From NCBI RefSeq assembly GCF_004010195.1, contig NC_057718.1:60708795-60772794 (forward strand): a DNA stretch of 64,000 nucleotides, read 5' to 3'. Of this stretch, positions 48,363-62,630 are shown in pieces. The notes beneath the pieces were generated by a model. That model saw only the letters and a list, made by a program, of their open reading frames with translations. It had not been told where the DNA came from and ran no database searches. The translations under genes and the position numbers were made by a program. The stretch comes from Chiloscyllium plagiosum (taxonomy: Eukaryota). Position 1 is the stretch's first letter. Each line of letters begins with the position of its first letter.

Positions 48363-50370
48363 CTTGCAAGGCTAGCATTTGTTTACTCATCTCTAAGTGA
48401 CCTTAATGGCAATCCACCTTCAAATCACTCCAGTCCGTATCCAATAGATGCACTCTCCTGGTTGTTAGGGAGGGATTCCCAAGTTTTCTGACCCATCAAT
48501 AGTAAAGTAATAGCGACACATTACCAAGTCAAGATGAAGTGTAACTTCGAAGGGAACTTACTGGTGACGGTCATCCCATGTGCAAGCTGTGCTTGTCCTT
48601 CTAGATGGTAGAGATTAAGAGTTCAGCTCACATAACTGAAGGAGATTTGAAGCAATGCATCTTGTCTATGGTACATGCTGGTGCTATTGTGCATTTGTTG
48701 TGGAGGCTCTGAATATGTAAAGTAGGTTATTTGTTTTGTATATGATCAAGCTTCTTGAGTATTGTTAGAGCCATATGCATCCAGCCAAGTGGAAAGTATT
48801 CCATCACATTCCTGACTTGTGTATTGTAATTGGCAGACAGGCTTTTGGAGTCAGAAGAAGAGTTACTTTGTCTGTCGTTGTAGTATTTACATATATGGAC
48901 TAATTATGTTTCTGGTCAATGGTGCATTCTGGGATGTTGATGAGGGAGATCACTCATGGCAAACATGTTGAACATCAAAGAGAGATGAACGCTGTTTGAT
49001 ACTTGCATGGCATAAATGTTTCTTGCCATTAATCAACCCAAGTATGAATGATTTCCAATTTTTTAAAATGCTAGTGATGACTGCTTTAGTATCTGAGGAG
49101 TTGCAATTGGTACTGACCACTATGTAGTCATCAGAAAACATTTTCTGCAGTTATTTTAATGAGGATGTTTGAACTTTGTACACTGTTATGTGGTATCTCA
49201 CACTCAGTATGTCAGTATATCTCCAAGAGATACACTTTGTCAGTGTACCTTTAACAGAATTGTTCAACATATGATCACTGTATCATACCATGTGACCTGA
49301 GAGTATTAAGATCTCTTTCTTCATCTTACCTTGGGTCATTTGAAACATGATATGCTGCTGAAAGAATGCTGCTCTGCTGTAATCTATTAATTTAATATTA
49401 GTCCAGACAGTAGACACCTGGGAAATATCATGTATGTATAATCACAAATGTATGTGGATTCTTTGGTACCACAACATCGATGCCAAGTTTCTAATATGGA
49501 AAGGAACCAAATAAACATTGCCACACTCAGTAAATATTCTGCTGGAAACAAAATCACATCAGGCATGACTTTGAGGAATAAAAACAAAATACTGGAAATG
49601 CTGGAGATCTGAAATAAAATATGCAATCTGGCAACATCTATGGAGAGAGAAAGGAGTTATTATTTTTAATGCAGTATGACTCTTCTACATTAAGAAACCC
49701 CTTTTGATGTCCTGAGGTTGAAATGTTTAACCCCAACAACTACAGCTGTCTTCCTTTTTGCCTGCATTGAAAGCATTGAGAGTTTTCACCTTGTTTCAAA
49801 TTGACTTTAGTTTTGTTAAGATCCTTTGATGCCACATCCAGTCAAATGCTGTCTTGATATCAAAGGACAGTCATTCTCACTCACCCCCTAGAATTCTGCT
49901 AATTTGTCCATATTTGATTAGGAACTGATTCCGGGTTGCATTAAGAAACAGACATTTTTGAAAAAATATTGGTCATCAATATGTTCATGATGTTTGGACT
50001 GAATTTTATGCTTGATTTCCTACAACTTCACTTGTTTGATGGAAACTTATAGCAGAACCCAAACAGAGCACTGACGAGCAGATTGGTGCTGAGTAAGTGT
50101 CACATGGTAGAATTGTTAACAAGACTTTCCAACATTTCTCTGATGATTAAAGGGAATCTGAATGGAGCAACAATGAATCATATTTGATTTCTTCTACTTT
50201 TTGGAACAGGTCTCACCAGGAGAAATTTTCAAAATTGTTGGGTAGTTGAAGTGTTGTAGCTGCACTGAAACATTTTGGCTCAGAATGCAGCCCATCTGGA
50301 ATGCACATCTTGGTGATGCAGCTGGTATTTGTTCCTATATCATTTTGTTGTATTCAATGCCTTCAGCAAT
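48363..50370 (-). mobile_element. Decayed minus-strand copy of the APE-RT LINE family seen at 10548-15873
   Basis: Tail remnant ttcatggtatgtgactgtcac | gcaaggctagcattt split by the CR1; ggaaagtattccatcacattcctgacttgtg (48790) and gatgccacatccagtcaaatgctgtcttgatatcaaagg (49828) are reverse complements of motifs in the + copy. Confidence 0.7.
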
Positions 50371-50449
50371 TTCTTGACACACAAGCAGTGCGGCAAATGT
50401 TTTCTGAGGCCTGGAAATCATGATTACAGTGGTTTAATGGTATAAAGCC

Positions 50450-52408
50450 TGTAAAAATGAAAGTATGTAACCTCTTCTTTCAATACATAAGAACCAAACG
50501 AGAGGCAAAAGTAGATATTGGGCCGCTCCAAATTGATGCAGGAAGACTAGTGCTGGGAGAGAAGGAAATAGCTGAACAACTTAATAAATACTTTGTGTCA
50601 GTCTTCACAGTGGAAGACATGAGTAATATCCCAACAATTAAGGAGAATCGGGGGCAGAGTTGAGTATGGTAGCTGTTACAAAAGAGAAAGTGCTAGAAAA
50701 GCCAAAAGGTCTAAAAATTGAGAAATGTCCTGGCCCTGATGGGCTACATCCTAGAGTTCTGAGGGAGATGGCTGAGGAAATAGCAGAGATGTTGGTTGTG
50801 ATCTCTCAAAAGTCACTGGATTCAGGGAAAGTCCTAGATGATTGGAAAATCACTGTAGTAACCCCCTTGTTCAAGAAAGGATCAAGACAAAAGATGGAAA
50901 ATTATGGGCCAATCAGCCTAACCTCGGTTGTTGGTAAAATTCTAGAATCCATCGTTAAGGATGAGTTTTCTAAATTTTTGGAAGTGCAGGGTCAGATTAG
51001 AACAAGTCAGCATGGATTTAGAAGAGAAGATCGTGCTGGCAAACCTGTTAGAATGCTTTGAAGACATAACAATAAGTTAGACTAGGGAAACCCAGTGGAT
51101 GTTATCTACCTAGACTTCCAAAAGGCCTTTGATAAGGTGCTTCGCGGGAGGCTGCTGAGTAAGATGAGGGCTCATGGTGTTCAGGGTGAGCTACTGGCAT
51201 GGATTGAGGATGGCTGTCTGATAGAAGGAAGACAGTTGGGATAAAAGGTTCTTTTTCAGAATGGCAGCTAGTGACAAGTGGTCTCCTGCAGGGTTCAGTG
51301 TTGGGGCCGCAGCTGTTCACTTTATATATTAATGATCTGGATGAAGGAACAGGGGGCATTCTGGCAAAGTTCACCGATGATACGTAGTTAGGCGGACAGG
51401 CAGGTAGTACTGAGGAGGTGGAAGAAGGGTTCATTGCCGAAACGTCGATTCTCCTGCTCCTTGGATGTTGCCTGGCCTGCTGCGCTTTTCCAGCAACACA
51501 TTTTCAGCTCTGATCTCCAGCATCTGCAGTCCTCACTTTCTCCTTGCAGAAAGATTTAGACAGTTTAGGAAAGTGGTCCAGGAAATGGCTGATGAAATCC
51601 AACATGAGCAAATGTGAAGTCTTCCACTTTGGAAAAAAGAATACAGGCCTGGACTATTTTCTAAATGGTGAGAAAATTCATAAAGTACAAAGGGATCTGA
51701 AAGTTCTAGTCCAGGAATCTCTAAAGGTTAACTTCTAGGTTGAGTCCGTGATTAAGAAAGCGAATGCAATGTTGTCATTTATCTCAAGAGGGTCGGAATA
51801 TAAGGCAGCGATGCACTTCTGCAACATTATAAAGATCTAGTTAGGCCCTGCTTACAATACTGTGTCCAATTTTGGGCCCCACACCTCAGAGTGGGCAAAC
51901 TGGCACTGGACCATGTCCAGCAGAGATCCACACAGATGATCCCTGGAATGGTAGACCTAACATACGATGAACAGCTGAGAATCCTGGGATTGCATTCATT
52001 AGAATTTAGAAGATCATGGGGAGATCTAATAGAAATGTACAAGATAATGCATGGCTTAGAAGGGTGGACGCTGGGAAGTTGTTTCTGTTAGGCAGGGAGA
52101 CTAGAACCCGTCAGCACAGCCTTAGAATTAGAGGGGGTCAATTTAGAACAGAAATGAGGAGACATTTCTTCAGTCAGAGAATGGTGGGCCTGTCGAATTC
52201 ATTGCTACTGAGCGCAGTGGAGACCGGGCTGTTAAACGTCTTCAAGGCAGAGATTGATAAATTCTTGGATCTCGCAAGGAATTAAGGACTATGGGGAGAG
52301 TGCGGGTAAGTGGAGTTGAAATGCCCATCAGCCATGATTAAATGGCGGAGTGGACTCGATGGCCAAATGGCCTTACTCCCACTCCTATGTTTTATGGTCT
52401 TATGGTCT
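50450..52408 (+). mobile_element. CR1-type LINE, 3' 2 kb (second subfamily)
   Basis: CPGPDGLHPRVL..VTPLFKKGSRQKMENYGPISLTSVVGKILE; YLDFQKAFDKV; QGSVLGP; tail ttatggtcttatggtc. Confidence 0.95.
51421..51544 (+). mobile_element. Penelope-like family A terminal repeat inserted in CR1 RT
   Basis: gaagaagggttcattgccgaaacgtcgatt...ctccagcatctgcagtcctcactttctcct; starts inside the hammerhead core; no TSD seen. Confidence 0.88.
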
Positions 52409-54548
52409 CTTTAAATTAATTTACCTGCTGACTTACTGCCTCCTAAGATGAGTTTGGTTGCTTACCATTGCATCTCACTTGCATCGAAACTGAAAATAGA
52501 TGAGTTTGAAATTTTTCAAATTTTAACAGCTAACTTGATGCAAACTCACTATTCTTGGTGGCAGGGTTAGTGGAGGGCGGCGGGGTGGGGAGGTGGGGTG
52601 GTGTTGCGTGGGAGGCCAAATATGTTACCTGCTGATTGTCTTGAGCTGATTATGTTATTTTCAGTTTTATACAGTGATTCCTCACATTATCATATTGCAC
52701 AGAAGCTAAATATTATCTGGTTGGTATAATGAATCAACTCAGATGCAATATTGCAGTCTCAATTTTATTTAATTATTTTTCATTAGTAGTTTGCAAACTC
52801 ATTTTCATATCTGTTACCAATGATTGTTTTTATTATACATGACCCTTTGGCAAAGTTCCACCTTCTTATTGCTTGCTCTAATTTTATGTGTTTTTAAGTG
52901 AACACCCCATCATATTGCCTCTCCATAGTTTGTAAGATTGTTCTATTTCCCAGGCCTCATGCAATTGCGTTAGTCCTGATTCCTGCCTAAGCCTGATTTC
53001 AATGACTTGAAGACAGAGAGTGGTGGCAGGTAAAGACAGAAAAGAAAAGCTACAACAAGAATTTATCTGGCAGGACATTTTATGTTTTAATGAAATTCTT
53101 AATACCTTGCAGTGAAGGTGTGTGCTCCCAGAGACCTGGGAGTTAAAGCACCAATTGACATAAGTGCCATGCCAAGTCTGGACTTTATCTTTATTGGAGC
53201 CCTTTGCGGTGCTCCAATCATGTCAACTGTAAGAGGTGAACATTGGACCTAGTATTTCATGATTGAGATCATGCCAGAGGAAGAACAGAAAGCAGGCAAA
53301 TCAGACCTTGATGCATTTATGGGTCAATGACCCAAAATAACAGCCTCAACTTGTAACAGGTCAATAAAGTAGATTTTTATAATTTGTAGGGATTTCAGAT
53401 AATTGTTTGGCTCGGGTTGGTGTTGACAGTGGTTGGCAATCTCATGACAGCACTTAGTTGTAATACCCACAGTTCATTGTCCATCAGGACTACAATGCCA
53501 AGCAATTTGCAGCCCACATACAGAGAGAAACCTTTTTTTTTAAGGCAACATATATTTTCTGATGACTTCAATAGAAAAACAGTCTCTGTTTTTAACACCT
53601 TGCTTTTATAACCACTTTGTCATTTTGTCAAATCTGAAACATCAGGTTGCATTTACAAACCATGTTTAGCCTTGGCACAATGTAGTTTTGGCTTTGTATT
53701 GACACTAGGTTTGCGTATAAATTTGGTATTAAGGCCTGAACTGACAAGCAAGGTGCAATGAGACCTGTATTCTCTATGGGGTATCAATCCACTTTTTTTT
53801 GTTAGGTCAGCCTGTGACTCCAATTTCTAGCTATATTTATGTCACAAGCACTTCACAGAGAATTATAGTGATAGTGCTAATCCACCTTCAGAGGAGCAAT
53901 TAATTAGATTCTTATTTAGTGAAATGAGTCAATGACCGACAGCATGTTTTATGTTCCATTCCATTTTTTTTGCAATCTTGAAGTGTTACTGGCCCCTTAA
54001 CTGCTGATGAATGTTATAGGAACTGTCATCAATATCAAAGGAAATCTTGAGACTGTGTTTTGGCACTAAGTTATGAACATTTGATTTGATTTAGTTATTG
54101 CCATTAATATCTGGTTACAAAATACAGTGAAAAGTGTTATGTAGTTTCACCAGTCTCCGGTGCCACCTGAGAACACAAAAGAAAAAAAATATACAAAATG
54201 TAAAGGCAGAAGAATGAAGAAATAAAGCAAGTGTTCAACTTTATAGTCTTTTTGTTAAGTGCTCTGACATGGGCCTTGAACCTGGTGCTCAGGTATGAGT
54301 CCCCTTTACTGTGCTGCCACTGCTGAAATAAAAGTCACTATCTCATCTCCACCAATGCCCTTACCACTATGAATCCTCTCTGGACTTCATCAATGCAGAA
54401 AACACCACTGCTGCCAGGCACTGAACCAGCCCCAAGCTCAGCTCCACTGCCACCATGAATCAGTTTCAGGTCCACCTCGTCAATGCAGACACTGCTGATA
54501 CCACCTGGTCTTGTACTGGGCTTTATTTTGTGAGTTACATATGTACCC

Positions 54549-54867
54549 TAGAGTTGCCAACTCTGACTGAATGGACTCCAGAATCTTTTGACTCCCATTC
54601 TCTTACCATTTTTCATCTAACACATTCGTCCTTTTGGTGCACTGCCTTGCTACACCAATTGCAAAGCAAAAGATTTCTCCATTACCAGTTTCTTTACATC
54701 CTGACATCTTTTTTGTAACTAATAAACAGAAAGAATCACAGGGCATATGAAGAGATAATGTTATTTTACCCTCCATGATTGCTAGCATTACACTTTACAG
54801 CAGCATCCGGAAATTAATCTTTAATTCCCAGAGACTCCAGGCCAATCCTAGAGTGGTGACAACCCTA
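54549..54867. mobile_element. hAT-like MITE
   Basis: Imperfect TIRs tagagttgccaactct ... agagtggtgacaacccta; no clear TSD. Confidence 0.45.
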
Positions 54868-55321
54868 ATCTTCTGCCATGAGCAAAGCTGTCAGCCTGTT
54901 TCTCTCGTACTTGCTTCAGTTGCTGGGTTTACATTGGATCAGGTTTACTTTCAGTTCTTAATAGTCTGAGAATTGCTTCTTTTTGCAGTACTCTATAGCA
55001 CCTTTCAGAAATCTGGAAATTTTATACTACAGGTAAAAAACCATTTGGCACATTGTGTCTTGGCATTAGGTCACAGAGCATTGCCAATTTGCCTCCTCTT
55101 CACTTTTAGCTCACATTATTATTGATCTCAATGTTTTACTTGGACCATTATTTGAGGCTCACTTGGTTATGTATACTGCTGGTTGACATTTATGTAACTA
55201 TACCAAATGGGACTGTTGGAAGGTAGACCTATTTAAAAACTGTATTCTACACGTCAGAGCCACATAGCCTCAAAGCACCCAGTTGATGCTCTGAACTAAA
55301 ATGAAAATCTCCCTATGAGCT

Positions 55322-55650
55322 GGGGGCAGCTCAGTGGTTCGGTGGTTAACACTGCTGCCTCACAGCGCCAGGGACCTGGGTTCAATTCCTGCCTCGGGCA
55401 ACTGTCTGTGTGGAGTTTGCACATTCTTCCCGTGTCTGTGTGGGTTTCCTCCGGGTGCTCCGGTTTCCTCCCACAATCCAAAGATGTGCAGGTTAGGTGA
55501 ATTAGCCACGCTAAATTACCCATAGTGCTGGGTGCATTAGTCAGGGGTAAATGTGGGGAATGGGTCTGGGTGGGTTACTCTTTGGAGGGTTGGTGTGGGC
55601 TTGTTGGGTCAAAGGCCCTGTTTCCACACTGTAGGGAACCTAATCTAGAA
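55322..55650 (+). mobile_element. HE1-like V-SINE
   Basis: gtggttaacactgctgcctcacagcgccagggacctgggttcaattcc, V-domain and CR1-like tail. Confidence 0.95.
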
Positions 55651-56009
55651 TAGAAATGTTATGGTCATTGTGGAAAGCAACAGTACAAATTTATCAACTA
55701 ATAATGTAATTATGATTTAACTTAGCATATCAACCAAAGCAAAACTTCAACCATGTGTGAAATTGTCCATACAGACCTACTGAGATTTTCCATTCCTTTC
55801 TGCATTCCCAGGAGTGTCATTTGGGGAAACCATATTCGAGACTTTGATCTTTTTCAATAAGTTAGTGTTATAATCAGATTCCTAGTCAGGTTCCTCAATT
55901 TATTACAGTTCTAGGTATTCAAGTCCCAGGTGAAGAGCAATGAATTGGCTCCCCTTGGGTATTCACTCATCCCATCAAACTGGTCTCAACAAGGTTCATA
56001 TTTGATGGT

Positions 56010-56325
56010 AGTTGTCTTTTCTCAAGGTTGGGGGATTTCAAGACAAGGGGGCACATTTTTAAGGTGAGAGGAAAGAGATTTTATAAAGACGTGAGGCAAT
56101 TTATTTTACACACAGGATGGTTCACATGTGGAATGAACTTCCTGAGAAAGTGGTGGATGTGGGTACAAATACAACATTTAAAAGACATATGGATAGATAT
56201 ATGAATATGAAATGTTTGGAGGGATCTGACCAGAAGCAGGCAGGCGGGACTAGTTTAGTCTGGGATTATATTCAGCATGGACTGGCTGGACCGAAGGGTC
56301 TGTTTCCATGCTGTATGACTCCGTA
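56010..56325 (+). mobile_element. CR1/HER1-like 3' fragment
   Basis: VHMWNELPEKVVDVGTNTTFKRHMD and tail ggaccgaagggtctgtttccatgctgtatgactc. Confidence 0.88.
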
Positions 56326-56709
56326 ACCCTTCCCTTATGAATATCTTTTTCCCAGACCCAAATAGACATAGGTTTTGAAAGGAGCCAATTTAACCAGACA
56401 TTCTTGAATTAACAAAAAGAGTGAATTTCTGAATTATTAAATGCAAAAGGAAACGGTATTGTAGTGCATATATACACTGCTTAGAAATAAGAGATGAGTC
56501 CAAAAATGTGAAAGTTAAAAAATAGATTTATGGATCAGTCTCTGAACTGTTTGCAAACAGTAAATAGTTGAACTTTGCAGAGAGTGTTACCAGTAAATGT
56601 GGTGCTGGTAGTTGAACAGCCAATTTCAAGATTCTGGCTTTGTAGAAAGTAGAAAGTCTTTACTCCTGGTTCCTTTTGGCAGTGGTGACTGGTAGCTCTC
56701 AGAATTAGA

Positions 56710-56765
56710 CAGAGAGAGAGAAAGAGAGAGAGAGAGAGATAAAGAGAGAGAGAAAGAGAGAAAAG
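56710..56765. repeat. (GA)n microsatellite
   Basis: Directly visible. Confidence 0.9.
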
Positions 56766-59700
56766 AATACCCTTTTCTTTTACCTGCAATGCAGAGCTGT
56801 TTAAATGTGCTCAATGCTATGACCCTAACAGCACACTGGTCAACTCTCAGATGACAGATTGCTAACACACATAGTCCAAGAATGTCATTTGTTTTCAATC
56901 CCTGCCTCTGTGTATTTATGAAATTGAAAAATGCAAATATGTTTCTTACCCAGATTGTTGACTTCATGTACCATCACATTCATAGTCTGAGATATTCTCA
57001 GGAGATTACAGATTTGATTTATGGTGCAGTTCTCCTTTTGAAGCTTCTTTATCCCTTCATCGGGGGTAACATTCTGGAGCGTCTCTCTCCAGGTAGCCAC
57101 TACCTTTACACCAGCAGACAACTTTTGGGTGCGCAGTCCTTTTTTTAAAAGTCCATAAATAGCCATTAAAGATCAAAGGGAGCAAAGGTGTTTCCAAGTT
57201 AGGATCATGGTTGTGACTGTTAGCAATATTATTTTAGCTCATATTTCTGTCTGTTAGTTAGTGATGAAACCAATTGTACTTCTTGCTTCTCTGATACACT
57301 CTTCAATCTCTCCCCGCCCCCCCCCAACTTTTGGCCAGTACAAGAATACTGGTTCATTTCCTTCTCTTTCTGCTGCAATCTCTACAGTACAGGCAGTTCT
57401 CACAAGCATAACTGCATTCCTTGTTTGTCTGGGGATTGCATTCCTGTCACCTTTCAATCATTGGTGTTTTATATGTTTTCCAACATATAGTCTCCATGCT
57501 ACGCAGAAACTAACATTCACAAATACTGAAGCAAAGTGAAATGGAACTATTAAAAGCTGTAGACCTCTCCATTGTATGACTTATGGATTTACATTATATT
57601 TGTTGGATTTTTTTTTTAGTTTTCTTCATTCCATTATCAATTCCTTTAGTTTGTGAAACTGATTTATCTGGCTTTAATTTTATTTCATTTTTTTAACCTT
57701 CAGTCATTTATAATTGAGCACTGCTCAGCCGCTATCAAAGATAACACGCAGAACAATGACAAGATCTATATAAGTGCTGAGTGCTGATCATAGCAAGTGG
57801 ATTCCCCCACTCCCCAAAAAAACTGTCCAGTGATTATTTTTCTGCAATGCTTCCAAACATTTTCCATGTATAGGCAGTCCCCAGGTTGCAAACTGGTTTC
57901 ATTTGGATTATGTTCATTAGTCTATTTGTACACAAGCCAGGGACACGACATAAAATATAAAATGAATATAAATGCCAAAATAACCGTTCTTAATTATGAA
58001 GTACTGTTCACATGTCAGATCTTTAAAATTAATATTAATGTTCCTCTGTATGGGATCTCAATCATAAGTACAAGTGCTCATAAGTTAGATGCTCATAAAC
58101 TAGAGAGGGCCTGTATACCAGAGGAGAATCATGGAGTGTGAGGAGTGAAGGCCCTCAGACAGGCTGCCTACACCAGCAGTAAAGATTAAGAAGGAGGTAC
58201 ACCAGTTAAGAAGTGATATTGGCGTCTTGCTGATTACAGAGAACAACACTAGCTGAATTCTGTCAGCAAAACAGCAGGAGTTCCACTCACTAACTGGCAG
58301 TGTGGCTTGTCAGTACTGATTCTGTTGCACAATGTAACCTAGATACTGTACACCCTAATCATGCAAATAAACCTCACTGTCTAAAAGAAACTAACGTGAC
58401 CTGCTGACCATTAATATCCATATTTTGCATAAAAGGCAATTGAGACAATATTACCAATACTTATAAAAATGCACATGCAACAAGGGTCAATAAAGTGGCA
58501 ACAAATAAGTAAGGCACCAAGGCTTTTCACATCAATTATTTTCAAAAATGTCATACACATTTGCTACTTCAGATGTATTAAATTTAATTAAACTTTGATC
58601 TTGGTGCAGTCATTTTTGAACTTGGTGTATATTAAGCATTGAGCTAAAATTAGCACTGTGGCCTTTCCCATATGACCATTGCTTTGTAAATAAAATGAAT
58701 TACAAATGTCAGAGTGTGATGATCACTGACAGTTAATGACAAGGTCGGTAGTGCTGTCAAATTCAAATGACATGTCACACTTGACTGGGGATGAGACAAC
58801 TGCATGTTCTAACATTCCAGGTAAAGAAAATGAGAACTGGTTCCTTCACTTGGCCTCCCCACATTCAGGAGGTCTGGGCTGAACTCATCCTGAATCTGTT
58901 GTGTTCCGAAAACAACTGCATCAGCCCCAGACACTGGGCCACAACAAAGAGGGTTTCATCTGGTTTAGAAAATAGAGTGGAGAGTCTCTTACATAGCAAA
59001 CAATAGGGAACGCTGTGGTATCTGAAAGCACAAGGCACTTGCGAATCTTCCTTTTCAAACACTCAGCTATGGCTATTGATTTCTTATTGACCTAAAGTGT
59101 CTTAAGTGCAGCTGTGGTTTTCTCTCTTATAGTTTATAAAGAAATTTAAGGGCAGTACTGGTTTAACATTGATTTTTCAGTCCCTAAAAGGTGCAGTTAC
59201 ACAGGCAATCTTGGTTTAGAGTCACACTCACCCTATAAAAAGACACCACTATTAAATGCCTATAGCATCATTTAATGTGGAAGACTCTGGAGTCCCTCTT
59301 GGTGATGAGACTCTCCGGTGACTGAAGCTGACTTTGCTACATGACCTTGTAAATGTTTTTTTTAAAACAAAGATTCTGGCAGATAAAAGTACAGCAAACC
59401 ACACTGAGCACACAATTAAAAAAATATGGAGAGTGAATGCGCAGAATGCAGAGGTTGAAACAAATAACTTGCTATTAGAACAACAATGCTATTAGGTGAA
59501 GGACAGAAGTCATGAGGTTATTATTTTTAAACTTGAGATTTTATTTCTTTCACACTGTATCTGTCAGTATCATAAACAGAGAATGAAGGGTCAGGATAAG
59601 TCAACATCAACTGTCAAATATTGATCTTGTTAGTTTACTTTACTAAAGCCAACATTAACTATGGGCATTATCCAGGTCTTAAGAAGAAGTGAACTTAAAG

Positions 59701-60174
59701 GGGAGCTACACATTTCTGTCATAAACAAAAAGCCTACTCAGCAGGGTCCAACATGGCAGTGTAGTGTTAGCCCGTCAGCATCTTTTCAACCTCAATATCT
59801 CTGAATAGTTCTAAAAAAGTGTAAAGGTAAGCAGTTTAATCTCTTCAGAAATTGTGGTATTGAACAAACTGTGTTGGAATTAGCATCAGCCACCATCAGA
59901 GAGTAGCACTGCTATTGTTAGCAATCCAAGTTGCTCTGAAGCCTTACATTGACTGCTGTTTTTAAGCCTCTTAACCCTGTGGATTGTTATTGCCCTTAAA
60001 TTTCATCTCTTCACCATGAATTGTTATGGGGATGAGCACCAGAATATACTACTGGAGGCTGCTGTTTTCATGTGAATGTACAGATCACTAACATTTTGGC
60101 ACATGCTCTTGCATGTAGTATGTTCCCAATATAAATGGAATCTGTACTCTTGAGACTCCAGCTTCAGTTATAAT

Positions 60175-60393
60175 CAGGTAGTTCTTCTATTAAGTGATGG
60201 TTGCATTCTTGTGCAACACCGCATTATAGAAAAATTGCACTTTAGAAACAGTGCTTAAAGTGTTGACGACGTAACCACATTATAGTCAACTCAAATTTTA
60301 AAAGCTTGTGCTTTCAAAACTACATCTTCAATCTGTCAATTGCATTACAGTGAATCCACGTTAACAAAACGCACATTATCGCAGAGTGACCTG
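60175..60393. mobile_element. Tc1/mariner (Tigger-like) MITE
   Basis: Imperfect TIRs caggtagttcttctatta ... ttatcgcagagtgacctg followed by TA; internal repeats of cattatag. Confidence 0.55.
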
Positions 60394-62384
60394 TATGTGA
60401 ATGATCTGGACGATTGGATACCATGCACAAACAGTTGAGAAAGAATTTCAAACTAGTGGATGTCAATTACCTTTAACTGTTCAGTGTCAAAGGTATACTG
60501 TGTTAGAAAATTAGAACTGGGTGAGATGAAGTTCAAGCTCATCTGCTACCTTGGAGTTAGTACAGAGTTTATTGGTTCTGTTAAATATGTTAACCAGGCA
60601 GATAGGAATTAAAATCATAACGCTACAGAGGTCTTTGAAGCTGAGCTGTCAATATTCTGAGAAAACAGCAAGCTACAAATTGAACAAGCTTCCATTTGTA
60701 TAAGATAACGAGTGCATCTTGTAATTCTCTGCCACACTGTTCCAAAAAATGGACATTGATATCCTGAATCAATGTATTGCTTCTTTTGAATCTTAGCTGT
60801 ATTATCAAGAAGGTGCTGAGAACAGGTCATGTTCCACAAGGAGGGAGAAATGCCATATGGTAAGATCTCCCGATTGCTCTTGACTACAACCTTACCATTG
60901 ATCTATAAATACCATTGGCAGAGGCCATTGAACTTCATCGTCAATCTTGACCAGAATATGATGCACATCCAAAATGAAATATATTTAAAATGGAAGACTG
61001 TTTTGCTTGTCAAGCTGTCACCTGAACAAAAAAAAATTCACATGTTTCTGTGAGCTATTTTATCAGTGTGACTTATTTGCCTCACTTTCTTCTACCTATA
61101 TTTATCCTTCTCTCATTGATTTGTGTCTGTTTGATACTGTAATTGGTGCAATTGCTAGTGACACTTTTTACTGCAGATTAACTTGTAAGGGAAAAGAATT
61201 TGACTAACAACTGCTACTTTGAAAGGGTGAAGCACAGGCAACGAGAAATGCAACAAGGATTGCAGAGAATAACTTACTATTTAGTTTTTGTATCATAATC
61301 CTCAAAAACCCACAAAGCAAGATCTTAGTGATTCAGTAAACCACTACAACTGAGATCTAATTTGCCAAAATGAATTAATGAAAATGAATTAATGAACTTT
61401 CACAGCACACATAGCAAAAACATTTGTATGGCATCATTGTCAGTTGTATATTCTATTTGTACTATTTGATTCACTACCACTTCATTTCCAGGAAGCAAAT
61501 CTTTTATTTTGTGTTTATTCACTTCTCTGTCTTTGGGGACAATGTTAATTTGGTTCACCAGAAAGGAAATCTATAGTAAACTCCTTTGTTGAAATCTGAA
61601 TTTCACACTAACATTCCTTGAGAATAGAATTTCTCATGTAGACATTACAGTGGGATTTTAACTCACTGCCCTAGTCAGCTGCTAAGGAGTACATGGAAGA
61701 AGTTAAAATGTCAGAATTCTAGCTCCCAGTCCAGTCTCCCACATTGTCGTTTGTTGTAATATTAAAGACAGCGACCCATAGCATCGATCCGGTTTGTGTA
61801 GCTGGCACGCAGGTACTGAATTAAGATTCAGAACTCATCATCACTACTCCAATAAAATCTTAACTTACAGTGGGGATGGTTTCTGTACTATCTGCAGCTC
61901 TGCAGTAACGCTGCAGTGGGGAACATCAGCTAATCAGAGGATATCAGCCAGATACTTAAAAGTTTTGCCAGAGGTCCTTGTGGGTGATGAGGAACAGAAA
62001 TACACTCCCCAAACCCAGTAAAGAATGCTTGAGATTTCCCTACAACTCCATGTCCATTTAGTATGGAACCTGCTTTTCCATCAAAAACCCCTTTCCCATT
62101 GCTCATCAGTTTCTGCTGCTAATGACTACAGGCACACTTTTGATAAATATCCTCTTGTGGAAGGATTATGACACAAAAACTAAATGAGACGTTATTCTCT
62201 GCATTGCTGCATTTCTCATTGCAACTACAGTCCTATTCCAACGTGCAGGTCAACTAGTGATTTTTATAGGATTTCAGGAAATGTTAATCTAATAGGCTCT
62301 GCTTTCAAATTGGCAGGACTTCCCTGTTCAAGACTGTTCCCTATCCTGCTGACTGTCTTGCCTATGTTGGGTGGTGAGAGGAGA

Positions 62385-62630
62385 TATCGGCTTTGTTGTA
62401 ATTTCATTGCAGAACTAATCCAGAGGCCCAGGTTAATGCTTTGGGGAAATGGCTTCCCATCCCATCATGATAGTTAGTGAAATTTACATCAATTAATATA
62501 ATCTGGATATGAAAGCTGGCTGAAACTATAATTAATGGATGTAAAATTCAGTCTGGTTTACTAATGCCCTTTAAGCAAGGAAATCTGAAGTCCTTACGTA
62601 GTCTGACATGTATATGACTTGAGATCTTCA
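62385..62630 (+). mobile_element. Decayed copy of the SINE/LINE head seen at 10548 and 24641
   Basis: taatccagaggcccaggttaatgctttgggg..tctggtttactaatgccctttaagcaaggaaatctg. Confidence 0.6.

Larger units (their letters stand above)
55866..57218. mobile_element. Possible solo LTR containing a CR1 insertion and a (GA)n tract
   Basis: Ends tgttataa ... ttgtgact, flanked by 5-bp gttag on both sides (55861 and 57219). Confidence 0.4.
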
